From the NCBI GenBank assembly GCA_030390025.1, contig CM059432.1, positions 152,770,001-152,834,000 on the forward strand: DNA of 64,000 bases. Reading direction: 5' to 3'. Positions within the stretch are counted from its first letter, which is position 1. Each line of letters starts with the position of its first letter. The notes beneath the pieces were generated by a model. That model ran no database searches. It worked only from the letters and a program-made list of their open reading frames with translations, and was not told the DNA's origin. Source of the stretch: Squalus acanthias. Its lineage: Eukaryota. Shown here one piece after another: positions 11,401 to 23,905 of the stretch. A program made the translations under genes and the position numbers.

Positions 11401-13559
11401 ATAGAATCACAGAATCACAGAAATTTACGGCACAGAAGGAGGCCATTCGGCCCATCGTGTCTGTGCCGGCCGAAAAAGAGCTATCCAGCCTAATCCCACT
11501 TTCCAGCTCTTGGTTCGTAGCCCTGTCGGTTACGGCACTTCAAGTGCAGACCAAGTACTTTTTAAATGCGTTGAGGGTTTCTGCCTCTACCACCCTTTCA
11601 AGCAGTGAGTTCCAGACCCCCACCACCCTCTGGGTGAATAAAGTTCCCCTCAACTCCCCCCTAATCCTTCTACCAATTACTTTAAATCTATGCCCCCTGG
11701 TTATTGACCTCTCTGCTCGGGGAAATAGGTCCTTCCTATCCACTCTATCCAGGCTCCTCATAATTTTATACACATCAATTGGGTCTCCCTCAGTCTCCTC
11801 TGTTCCAAAGAAAACAACCCCAGCCTATCCAATCTTTCCTCATAGCTAAAATTCTCCAGTTCTGGCAACATCCTGGTAAATCTCCTCTGTATCATCTCTA
11901 GTGCAATCACATCTTTCCTGTAATGTGGTGACCAGAACTGTACGCAGTGCACAGTACTCTAGCTGTGGCCTAACTAGTGTTTTATACAGTTCAAGCATAC
12001 CCTCCCTGCTCTTGTATTCTATGCCTTGGCTAATAAAGGAAAGTATCCCGTATGCCTTTTTAACCACCTTATCTACCTTCAGGGATCTGTGGACATGCAC
12101 TCCAAACTCCCTCTGTTTGTCTACACTTCTTAGTGTCCTACCATTTATTGTGTATTCCCTTGCCTTGTTAACCCTCCCTAAATGCATTACCTCACACTTC
12201 TCCAGATTGGATTCCATTTGCCACTGTTCTGCCCACCTGACCAGTCCATTGATATCTTCCTGCAGTCTACAGCTTTCTTCCTCACTATCAACCACACAGC
12301 CAATTTTTGTCCTATCTGCAAACTTCTTAAGCATGCCCCCTACATTGAAGTCTAAATCATTGATATATACCACAAAAAGCCAGGGACCTAGTACTGAGCC
12401 CTGCGGAACCCCACTGGAAACATCCTTCCAGTCACAAAAACACCCGTTGACCATTACCCTTTGCTTCCTGCCTCTGAGCCAATTTTGGATCCAACTTGCC
12501 ACTTTGCCTTGGATCCCATGGGCTTTTACTTTCGTGACCAGTCTGCCATGTGGGACCTTATCAAAGGCCTTGCTAAAGTCCATATACACTACATCAAATG
12601 CACTACCCTCATCGACCCTCCTTGTTACCTCCTCAAAAAATGTAATCAAGTTAGTCAGACACGACCTTCCCTTAACAAATCCATGCTGACTGTCCTTGAT
12701 TAATCCGTGTCTTTCTAAATGACGACTAATGCTAGCCCTCAGAATTTTTTCCAAAAATTTGCCCTGCACCAAGGTTAGGCTGACTGGCCTGTAATTACTC
12801 AATCTATCCCTTTCTCCTTTTTTAAACAACGGTACAACGTTAACAGTCCTCCAGCACTACACCTGTAGCCAGAGAGGATTGGAAAATAATGGTCAGAGCC
12901 TCTGCTATTTCCTCCCTTGATTCTCTTAACAGCCTGGGATACATTTCATCTGGGCCTGGTGATTTATCTACTTTCAAAGATGCTAAACCCCTTAATACTC
13001 CCTCTGTCACTATGTTTATCTCATCTAATATTTCACACTCCTCCTCCTTAACTACAATGTCTGCATCGTTCTTCCTTTTTGTGAAGACAGACGCAAAGTA
13101 TTCATTAAGAACCATACCCATGTCTTATGCCTTCACACACAGTTTACCTTTTTGGTCTCTAATAGGCCCTACTCTTTCTTTAGTTATCTTCTTGCTCTTT
13201 ATGTATTTATAAAACATCTTTGGGTTTTCCTTGACTTTACTTGCAAATATTTTTTCATGCCCTCTCTTTGCTTTCCTAATTTCCTTTTTAATTTCATCCC
13301 TGCACTTTCTATACTCCTCTAGAGTTTCTGCAGTATTTAGCTCTCAGTATCTGACATAAGCTTCCATTTTTTGCCTTATCCTATTCTTTACACCCCTTGA
13401 CATCCAGGGGGCTCTAGATTTGGGAATCCCACTCTTTTTCTTTGTGGGAACATATTGGCTCTGGACCCTCACTATCTCCTCCTTGAATGCCTCCCACTGC
13501 CCTGACACTGATTTACCTTCAAGTAGCTGTTTCCAGTCCACTTTCGCTAAATCACATCT
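11401..13559 (-). mobile_element. CR1 LINE (family A), 5'-truncated, about 2.2 kb, frameshifted RT
   Basis: ORFs 11846-12829 (NYRPVSLT, DFSKAFDKVPH, GVPQGSVLGP, FADRTK), 12840-13121 (KSPGPD) and 11540-11773; 3' terminal (ATAGAATC/ACAGAATC)n. Confidence 0.96.
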
Positions 13560-14302
13560 ATTAATTTAAACTATTACAAAACTTGAAGCGCCGGCATTAG
13601 CATTAGCGGAGCCAGAGCTGAAGGGAGGCTGGTGAATCCCCGCTCCCTGCAATCCAAATATCAGCCAATTCTGGAACCCACTAAATCTGCGATTCTGACG
13701 CGCCAGAACGTTCCGAAAGATGTCAAGAAGTTTCAACCAATGGGGCTTGGACGCCGCTGCCACATTCTGAGGAACTGACCAATGGTGCGCGCCGGCTGGC
13801 TCGATGCTCGGTAATTCGCTGTGTTGCACGCCAGCGTATCCCATGGAGCATGGGTGTCCTTTCGACCGGATGTGCACGGCCCTAATGTCGCCTTTTGTAA
13901 GCGATGAGCTCACTGCCCCATTAGTAGCAATCGGTTAGCAGCTAACACTGGCACGCCTGGTCTTGGGCTTAACATACTCCTGTGGCAGCTCGGTGGAACT
14001 CGGAGCTAGGGCAGCACAAGTGGCCAGTCACTGCAGTTCAAGAATGGTGTTGAGGCCGACTTGGAGGAAATCTTAAGAGGGCAAGAATTTTATTTCAAAA
14101 ACTGATCAGGCAGCTGCAAACACCCAAGGTGTAAAATTGCTCTCTATGCTAAATGTAGCAATATGAGTCAGAGGTGTGATCGATCACCTTTTACTCTCAC
14201 CACCTTTTACAGTAATTTTAGTAAAGGGAGAAAATTTAGCCCCTTAAAGTGTTGGGGTGGGGTTGGGGGGCTCCAGTTCTGTGCCTTCTGTGTAATACAA
14301 TT

Positions 14303-14665
14303 AGTCAGCTTGGCTCAGTTAGTAGCGCTCTCGCCTGAGTTAGAAGGTTGTGGGTTCAAGGCACGCACTAGGACTTCAGCAGGACATCTCAGCTGTCACT
14401 TCAGTGCAGTACCAATAGAGTGCTGCTTTGTTGTAGGAGCCGTCCTTCAGAGGAGACGATAAACCGTAACCCCAAGTGGACATAAAAGACCCCACGGTAC
14501 CTACTGGAAGAAGAGCAGGGAGTTTTCCTGATGTTATGAGCAACACTCCTCACTCACAATGTCAGCAAAAACAGATTAACTGGCAATTTATCTCACAGCT
14601 GTTTATGGGATCTTGCTGTGCAGAATGGCTGCTGCATTTGCTTGTATCATCACAGTGACTGCAGC
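14303..14665 (+). mobile_element. Older SacSINE1-like SINE
   Basis: gtcagcttggctcagttagtagc...ggttcaagg head plus diverged central domain. Confidence 0.72.
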
Positions 14666-15487
14666 ATAATGGAATCCAGCTTTAAATAATCAGGCTGTTA
14701 CTGATCATGGCTTGGAGTGCTGTGCTGTATCTAATGTGAAAACAAAAACCTAATCATTTCAAAAAATAATTAATTGGATTTGAAACCCTTTAGGGGTGTT
14801 ATAGAACACCAAACCAAACATACTGCCCTGAACCTGTAAAATCTGTACTCGCCTTCACTGCATGATTTCAGGTGTAAAGTAGCTGGTCCCTGCGGTGGGG
14901 GTGAGTTTAAATATATAATTACTGGCAGAGGCCCTGTCTAATTCCTGCTGGTGGTGAGGGCTTGTGCCCACTCAGCAGGAGTTAGGCCCTACGGTCATTG
15001 GCCTGAGGTTCCTCAGCTTTAGCTGAGCACGCTAATCAAGCATCTCATGCTGCTCGGGTCAGTAACTCCTGAATGCCTGTTCAACCCCGAATGATTTATC
15101 AGTGTTCCCTGTTTAAGTAAAAATATTCATGCAAAAAAATGCAAACCTGCAAACCATCGGCCAAAGAGAATTTAGCAATTTTTTTATGAATGAAAAAGCT
15201 GAAAGGATGATTCCTGATTTTCCTCTTAGTTTCTCCGCCCAAGCAGTGCTTTATGCCCAGTTGCTTAATGGGGAAAATCAACTGCAGCAAGCCTGCGCTC
15301 TGACAGGGTCAATATCGAGCAGTCCTGCAGCATGGTCTGGATCAGAGTAAAATTTTTGCTTCATTGATGTTGCTTAACCTGTACCTAGTTTCCTTACGGT
15401 CTCTGTGGGTGAGGTTCCAAATTCACTGCCATTTTGAACTGGTTACTGGGTGTGGGTCCACACTTGCTGACCTAAATTGGCTCCTGG

Positions 15488-15887
15488 TTAAGCAACGCCT
15501 CGATTTTTAAAATTCTCATCCTCGTTTTCAAATCCCCCCATGGCCTCGCCCCTCCCCACCTCTGTAACATCCTCCAGCCCTACAACCCGCTGAGATATCT
15601 GCGCTCCTCCAATTCTGGCCTCTTGAGCATCCCTGATTATAATCGCTCCACCATTGGCGGCCGTGCCTTCAGCCTGTGAGGCCCTGAGCTCTGGAATTCC
15701 CTCCCTAAACCTCTTCGCCTCGCTACCTCTCTTTCCTCCTTTAAGATGCTCCTTAAAACCTACCTGCCCTAATATCTCCTTATGAGGCTCGGTGTCAAAT
15801 TTTGTTTGATAATCGCTCCTGTGAAGCGCCTGGGAATGTTTTACTACGTGACAGGCGCTATACAAGTACAAGTTGTTGTTGTTGTTG
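15488..15887 (+). mobile_element. L2 LINE 3' fragment
   Basis: Matches 3890-4278; tail caagttgttgttgttgtt. Confidence 0.9.
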
Positions 15888-16004
15888 GGAATGCCCACAC
15901 TCATTGCACCCAGGATCCTTACAGCCAACAGAGGGGGAATCATTTTTTTCCCACCCTTCTTTATTGAGTTCGAGCTCAGGACTTGGAAGATGACATGACA
16001 CCGT

Positions 16005-16508
16005 GGGGTAGATTTTAACCTTTAGGCAGCCGACTGGTGGAGCTCGCCAGCTGGCCATCTGTTCCGGCGGCAGAGGGGCAAGCTGCGATTTAAATGCGCT
16101 CGGCGAAGCTGGGGACACCAAGCGGGCATTGCCGACGCAGCTCTCTGGTTTTGGGCCACAGGGATGTCGCCCGGCTGGGACTCTGGCGGCAGCTGCAGGT
16201 AGGTCCTGGGAAAGAGGGAGGGTGGGAGACAAAGCCGAGGGGGAAGAACAGTAGCCGCAGTATTGTTGTGGAACCTGAGGAGTTCCCTCCCCACCACCTC
16301 CCCCACCTCCTAAAAAAAATGTAAGTTACCACTCCAGGGCTCCGACCAGTTAAATCCTAAAATGACAATCCGGATCCAATGTAGGACCCCGATTGGCATA
16401 TTGAAAGGTGCCTCGTTGGGATTAGCTAGGTGGTAAGTATACTGATACTGCCCCGATAACGTTGATTTCAGCAGCTTAAAATGGACATCAGTGTTAAACC
16501 ACTGCCCC
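16005..16508. mobile_element. Possible GC-rich MITE with degenerate TIRs
   Basis: ggggtagattttaac ... gttaaaccactgcccc imperfect termini; no clear TSD. Confidence 0.35.
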
Positions 16509-17804
16509 ACTTAGTCCTCCCTCAAACAGAGCATCAAACACTGCAAGACGTCAAAGCCATTCATATTAGAAATAATGAACATTGTGAGATTAAAAACTTG
16601 CAGCCCCGAGGTCTCCTGATAATCTTTCTGTGTCTGCATAAGTTCTGTGTTCCAGTCACTGAATTATAGTCTGCCGTGATCCCGGAGATGTGGCCTGTTG
16701 TACTACTAGTGTTTGCACTTTTACTTGTCTGATGGTGTATTCTCACAAGGGGTTATGTCTTGGCCACCTGTAGCCTCATTAATGGTAGGTCTGTTCTACC
16801 AAGTCATTAATTATGGGTCAGTTCATTTGAAATCTGTTAAATTCCAACTCCCAATGAAGAATGAACAATTGTCTAAAAACAAGTTGTGTTTTCCTCTCAA
16901 TTGGGGATAACAAAATCTCATAAATTTAATTTTTCAGATTTACGAAATCATATAACCAAAACAAAACTGTACTTGAAAATCTGTGAATTTAATACATTTG
17001 TTAGATTTTCTTAAAATTAGTAAAATTACCATCAAGCGTAAAATCGTTGTTAAAATAACTGTGTTCAGGAACAGGAGACTTCGGAGTTGATGATAAAAGT
17101 GGAGGGGCTGCTGAGCTTGGTGAAAGACAATTAGATGAGAGATTTTACTGGGACCATATTATGTTTCATATTTGTCATCATTACACTTGATGTTGTTTTG
17201 TAAAGTCACCGTCTCTCCTTAAGCACCACTATTACCTATAATGAAAATTTTATGCTGCATTTCCACGGACTCTGCTGTCTGCATAAACAAGCACCAGGTG
17301 ATTGATGGGGATGTCATCTTAACAAAATAACAAATGTAATACAGCAGTCGGCTTAAAGGAAGATAATAAAAAAGTGAACGAGAGTGCAGGAGATAGGAAA
17401 TACAAGTTACAGACAGAAGGAGATAAATTTACTATAACTAGACTTTAATAACGTAGATTTGTACCATACAAATTGACCTATTGGTCAATGCTTAAAAATA
17501 TTTAAATACATATAGATTTAACCATTTTATGGTTAACTGCATCCCTAACGCACTGATTGTGTTTATTGAAGAACTGTGCTGATTTAATTTGATTAGAATT
17601 GATTAACAAATGTAATCCATGTGCCATTGAGTCAGCCTGCATGGATATGACACAGCACTGTGCGCATGTTACACCCAGATGTGCTTATGATAATGAAATA
17701 AGCACTGAAATACATTCATGGCCCTCAGTTATTAGAGGATCAGTTGACATGTTTTTCTTTTCGTATCGTCACACTCTTCCCTCTGAGAATAGTGTGAAGT
17801 AGCA

Positions 17805-18079
17805 GAAGGCGTCGCAGGCTGATTAATGGTCTACGCTCCTTCCACGGCCGTAACCACCTTTATACCAGCCGATAGGGTGGTTAGTCCTATAAGGCGGGAG
17901 AATTTTATGGACTCCCACAACCCATACAATGAGGGGGAGCCACCCACACCCACCGGAGGCAAGTATCCCACTGGATGTCGAACCAGAACACCAGCTCTGC
18001 TCGCTGGGACTGTCTAGAGCAGGTTTGAACCCTGTACCTTCTGACTTGGGAGCAAATTCTAGCCAAAGACCCACTCCCA
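17805..18079 (-). mobile_element. Unclassified tRNA-head SINE-like element
   Basis: Minus-strand B-box GGTTCAAACC (18022-18031) after a tRNA-like 5' part; body unlike other SINEs here. Confidence 0.4.
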
Positions 18080-18135
18080 TAAAATTGACATGTATGTTGG
18101 ATTAAAAGTGCAGTGTTTACAAGCTGTGTGATAAT

Positions 18136-18755
18136 AACAACAACAACTTGCATTTATGTAGCACATTTAACATAAGAAACTGTCCCAAGGTGCTTCACAG
18201 GAGCGTAATCAGACAAACATTGACACCGAGCCACAGAAGGAGATATTAGCATTAAAGCTCGGTCAAAGAGGTAGGTTTTAAGGAGCATCTTAAAGGAAGA
18301 GAAAGAAGTGGAGAGACAGAGAGGTTTATGGGCGGAATTCCAGAGCTTAGGGCCTAGACAGCTGAAGGCACGGCCGCCAATGGTGGATCGAAGAAAGTGG
18401 AGGATGGACAAGAATCCAGAATTGGAGGAACTCAGAGTGCTTGGAGGATTGTACGGCTGGTGGAGATTACAGAGATAGGGAGGAGTGAGGCCATGGAGGG
18501 ATTTGAACACGAGGATAATAATTTTAAAATTGAGGTGTTGCTGGACCAGAAACCAATGTAGGTCTGCGAGCACAGGGGTAATGGTGAATGGCATTCGATG
18601 CGAGTTAGGATTCAGGCAGCAGAGTTTTGGATGAGCTCAGGTTTATGGAAGGAGGAAGATGGGAGGCCGGCCAGGAGAGTGTTGGAATATTCGAGTCTGG
18701 AGGTAAGAACACTGTGGATGAGGGTTTCAGCAGCAAATGAGCTGAAGCTGGGGCA
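18136..18755 (-). mobile_element. L2 LINE 3' fragment
   Basis: ORFs 18154-18594 (ITPVLADLHW...KLWNS) and 18612-18797; aacaacaacaacttgc tail. Confidence 0.9.
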
Positions 18756-18924
18756 CATTGCACTGAGTTGATGTTTAATCTTCAAATATACTTCCAATTG
18801 AATATTAAATTAATAATTTCAAATAATGCCGAGAACATTTGATAGATAAAGAGTAACGTTGGGCACAGCTCCAAGTTGTATGTCCAATGTATTCTGTTCT
18901 GTAAGTTATGCTTAATGCTCTTTT

Positions 18925-19597
18925 AAGAACATAAGAACATAAGAAATAGGAGCAGGAGTAGGCCAATCGGCCCCTCGAGCCTGCTCCGCCATTCAATAAG
19001 ATCATGGCTGATCTGATCCTAACCGCCAATCTACTATCTATCACAGAACCATCTCCTGCATCTAACAGAATTGCACACACGAAATAGGAGCAGAATCAGG
19101 CTACACGGTCCCTGGGCCCGCTCCACTACCCACAGGGCCATGACCGATCCGAACCTAGACTCATGTCCAAATTCCTGCCCGCTCCCCGTAACCCTTAATG
19201 CCCTTTACTTCTAGGAAACTGTCTATTTCTGTTTTAAATTTAATTAATGTTGTAGCTTCTACAGCTTTTTGTGGCAGCATATTCCATGGACCTACCACCC
19301 TCTGAGTGAAGTAGTTCCTCCTCATCTCAGTTTTGAAAGAGCAGCCCCTTATTCTAAGACTATGTCCCCTAGTTCTCGTCTCACCCGTCATCGGGAACAT
19401 CCTCCCCGCATCCACCCGATCCAACCCCTTCACAATCTTATATGTTTCAATAAGATCGCCTCTCATTCTTCTGAACTCCAATGAGTAGAGTCCCAATCTA
19501 CCCAACCTCTCCTCATATGACCACCCCCTCATCCCCGGGATTAACCGAATGAACCTTTTTTGCACTGCCTCGAGAGCAAGGATGTCTTTCCTTAAGT
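18925..19597 (-). mobile_element. CR1 LINE 3' fragment with doubled 3' terminal motif
   Basis: ORF 19161-19565 (RRMRGDLIETYKI...RTRGH...FTQRVV); (TAAGAACA)n terminus. Confidence 0.92.
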
Positions 19598-22500
19598 AAG
19601 ACTTTACTGAAGTCTTTGCTGAACTGCACCTTCAGATATTTGCTTGGTTCACAGAATGCTGTCTGGTCACCACCTTTACCTCAAACTTGGATGGGTTACG
19701 GGGGGATTATATTATCCTGGAGGAGTTCTAATCACATTGATGTCCAGAATAGAATTAAAGAAACATGAAACTTCCAGCATACAAGCTCTGTGAGAGCTGC
19801 ATTTAAATCTCTCCAGTGTAAAGTGTCACAGTCAACATTTAATCATATTTTCAGATCAGGCTTCATTTGTAAGGATGATCAGACATCTTTATTTACTAGA
19901 AAATCACACTTAATATTGTGGGAAATGAGTCATGTTATGTAGATGGCACCATGCATACCCGTGGCAATCAGTTACAGTACAGTAATTACATGGACTTTGT
20001 GAAGAAAAAATGAAATTGTTTTAAAACAAGTCCTCCATGGTGAACAGAAGGAATCATTTTTAACCCATTTAACTAAGAGCTAAACACATGCCTAATATTT
20101 TACAAATACTTTTCGGATCAGGCTGCCATTGCAGACTTGTAATTACAGAGCAAATGTGCCTGGAGCGAGGTAATAAATCTGATGTAATCTCTGTGTGCAT
20201 TAAGGAGAATAAAGGGGGCCGTTTGTGTATTAAACTCAGAGAAATTTGTGAGCACGTATATACCCTGACTAATGCAGACATCCCCGACTGATGTTCAATG
20301 TCATCGTCATGTTATTCTGTTATTAAAGATTTGGTCGAAAAGGTTCACACAGAGCTGGTTAATCCGGATAGAGCTGGCATCCATTTACAGCATCAACAAT
20401 ATGAAGCAAAATTAAATTAAAAGCTCGTAAAATGAAATATGTTTCGTATTAGCCGCTTGACACTTAATTTGCCTCTGAATAAGGAAGGAAATCGCAAATT
20501 AACCTGCCTATGTTTTTCTAGGCAGGGCTTATTAGAGTTAGTAATAACTGCAATTATCTCTGTGATAATATTAACCTATGTGTGTATGAATATGTACTCA
20601 AGTGTGGCACCTCTGATGCATCTCCGAGTCAAGTGCAACCATCTCGTCTCGGTTCATTAGGCAGAATTATGCTGGCAACAGAAGCAGCGCTGTGCGGCAC
20701 AGGGAGGAGGCATTGTACTTGTGAAGGCCTCAAACTTCAGCTACTTCAGAAACGTACATTGCCTGAAGTCGAGGCTCCTGTTGCTTTTGCTCTGGGGGAA
20801 AAAAAACCTTGCTGGCCTGAAGTAAAGGTCTGCATGTTCTCCTTTTGCAAAGTCATGCCAAGTATAGAGGCTTCTTTTATATCCAGCTGGGTTTTGCCGG
20901 CGTCCGCAGTGCTTTGTGATGCATTTGTCTGATGGCTCGGCGAGACTGAGTGTGGACATTGTCAGCCCCAACAATAGCGGTGAAAGAGAGCAGTGGGCTT
21001 GTTTCTCCAAAGGTGCTTTGAGACTTATCCTTCAGTTTGAGTTACACAATTTCCCCGATGATTTATTAGGAGTTTTTTTGTTGGAAGTGCTCTCGGAGCC
21101 TCCTGAGCGGCAGTCAATGCTCCCAGCAGCGAACCCCACTTCCAGTGCCGTCTACCATAATGTTAAGGTTCGCATAAGAATAGGGGGGAAAGGGGGATTG
21201 TAAATTGGGTAGCACAGCGTTTGGGGTGGGGACCCTGGTGGTTACTGTCTGGCAGCTGATTGAAACCTCTAAATGCTGACAACAATAACCGCCAAAGGAA
21301 TGGAGACTAATAATAGCTTGTGTTTGAAGAACTGTGCAGCAGCTTCTTGAACTACATTCCGAAGTTATTTGTGCTGCAGTCAGCAGTATTAGTCGAGCAA
21401 GGAGATATTGAGTGAAACATTCACATGCACTGAACCAGAATTAAGCCTCGCTCTACAGAGGCCATCGTTAAACCTGTTGCAGCCCCTAGACTGTGAGGAA
21501 GTGGACTGTGACAGGCTTCTCAAAACACAATGCTCCAACCAGTATTAAAAGCAAGGACATCTTCCAGCAGGGCAGTGCCGAAAGCCAAGCCATTGTATTC
21601 CTTTGGTGTGTGGCTTAGGGCATGTGAATGAGAACCTCGGCCGAACAGGCCTCCCAACTTTCACTGACTCCCCCAATTGCCCGAGTGCCCATGGATAAAT
21701 CTCACAAAACAAACGGCCCGGCTTAGAGCGGTGTCCCCGTGTATTGGTGCTTTCGTTGAGTTCCCACTTTTCTGCCGATCCTTGTTTGTTCTGGTACTCC
21801 GTGGTAACCAGAAAAATATTTATTTACTGTCATAAGGTACAGTTATTGAAGAGATGCCAGTTAGCGTTTATACAACTCAGGGCGGGGAAAGAAACTCTCC
21901 AAGTCCAATTATTTTCAAAACAAAGTCGTCTTTAAAATTCTCAGGGAATGTGTGAAACAAGGAAATGTTGCTTTTTATTGCAGGTAACACACTAGGTTAT
22001 TTTTTTTGGGGTGGGGGGCGGGGCGGGTTATCTGCACTGCTCCGCCTCGGAAGACGCAGAACAGAGAAAGTAAAGTCATTGTTATTGAAAGCCTTGATCT
22101 GTCCGAAACAAAACCAAATTCAAAATTAATTGTAAAACCATTCGGGGTTTCTTTTTACCTGTAATAATCACAAGATAGGAGGATAATTACAATAGAGTTG
22201 CAACCTGGTGCTGGAGAGTTGCTAGGGTTTCAGGAGAGTCAGACAACTGAAAACTTGATACTATTAAAGTACAAAGAATGTTTTTTTGAAATGGCCTTGG
22301 TATTGCCCTCAACATCACAGAGCAGACATTGAAGGCCATGTTCATTTGTTGTAATCTGAGAGTGTTTCCAGGCTCCGAGCCAGAATAAAGCATGCCTTCT
22401 GTATTGGTCTCAGAAGAATGTTGAAGGCGGAAGAAAATGTCCCATTTGTTGAATTATTACTGTTTCTTAACTAGGGATGAACAAAAGGTCTGCATTTACC

Positions 22501-23082
22501 AGACCTCCATCAGCAGCATCAACACTAGTGGTCCTAGTGATGACTCAGGCTGATTTCTGTGTTTCCCTAGTTTAGTTTACTGCAAAGTACTTTAAAATAA
22601 AAAGTCACAAGATTTCTGTTTTCTCAAGTAAAGGATAGATCTTGCCTTCATGTGAAATCAAAAATAAACACCACTGGGTGCCACAAATGCTGTTTGTAAG
22701 GTGCAACATTTGTCAGGATATGCAGCTGATCGGATTCCGTGAGGCATCTTACAATTACAATTTGTTTGACTTATTAAGCACTTGTTTCAACTTTTCTATT
22801 ATATGCTTATTTGTTCGAATGGCTGTTGGTCCATTCTGGAATATTAGAATAACAGGGGTCTGTTTCTCTCTCTCTTTCATTTGCTCTTTTTTCTTCTTTC
22901 GCATGCCTTTGTATTTTTGTCTCTCTCCCTCCCGTTGTTTCTGTATCTGTCTCTCTGTTTGTTTCCCTCCTCAGGTGATTCCATGTTTGTCTCACTCTGT
23001 CTCTCCTTCACTCCTTTATCTCTGTGTTTGTCGTGCTCAATATCTCCTTCAGCTTTGTGTTTTCTGTGTCTGCCTCTGTACC

Positions 23083-23693
23083 TGTCTCACTCGGTCTCGT
23101 GTTTCTGTAACTATCTCGCTGTGTGTCTCACTCGGCCCTCGTGCGTGTTTCTGTAACTATCTGACTGTGTGTCTCACTCGGTCTCGTGTTTCTGTAACTA
23201 TCTCGCTGTGTGTCTCACTCGGTCTCGTGTTTCTGTAACTATCTGACTGTGTGTCTCACTCGGTCTCTCGTGTTTCTGTAACTATCTGACTGTGTGTCTC
23301 ACTCGGTCTCGTGTTTCTGTAACTATCTGACTGTGTGTCTCACTCGGCCCCTCGTGTTTCTGTAACTATCTGACTGTGAGTCTCACTCGGTCTCTCGTGT
23401 TTCTGTAACTATCTGACTGTGTGTCTCACTCGGGCTCTCGTGTTTCTGTAACTATCTCGCTGTGTGTCTCACTCGGCCCCTCGTGTTTCTGTAACTATCT
23501 GACTGTGAGTCTCACTCGGTCTCTCGTGTTTCTGTAACTATCTGACTGTGAGTCTCACTCGGTCTCTCGTGTTTCTGTAACTATCTGACTGTGAGTCTCA
23601 CTCGGTCTCTCGTGTTTCTGTAACTATCTGACTGTGTGTCTCACTCGGTCTCTCGTGTTTCTGTAACTATCTCGCTGTGTGTCTCACTCGGTC
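23083..23693. repeat. 41-43-bp minisatellite, about 14 copies (GTCTCACTCGGTCTCTCGTGTTTCTGTAACTATCTGACTGTGT)
   Basis: TTTCTGTAACTATCT recurs 14 times, mostly at 41-43-bp spacing; preceded by a CT-rich low-complexity tract from about 22855. Confidence 0.96.
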
Positions 23694-23711
23694 CTTTGTG
23701 TTGATATATCT

Positions 23712-23905
23712 TGAGAAGTCGCACAACACCAGGTTATAGTCCAACAGTTTTATTTGAAATCCCAAGCTTTCAAATAATTTCAAATTTCCAAATTTTCAAA
23801 TTTCAAATAATTTCAGATTTCAAATAAAACTGTTGGACTATAACCTGGTGTTGTGCGACTTCTCACTTTTGTCCACCCCAGTCCAACACCGGCATCACCG
23901 CATCA
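23712..23905. mobile_element. Penelope-type fold-back insertion with perfect 50-bp inverted arms
   Basis: 23712-23761 is the exact reverse complement of 23816-23865; flanked by direct repeat ttgatatatcttg (23701-23713 and 23906-23918). Confidence 0.8.

Noticed and set aside
11901..12689. 262-aa plus-strand ORF (also 62898-63302, 63118-63522)
   Set aside because: Antisense shadow frames of CR1 RT.
22642..23238. 198-aa Cys/Leu-rich ORF
   Set aside because: Runs through a CT-rich low-complexity tract and the minisatellite.
23083..23693. CRISPR-like regular repeat
   Set aside because: Head-to-tail units with no unique spacers, vertebrate context, no cas genes.
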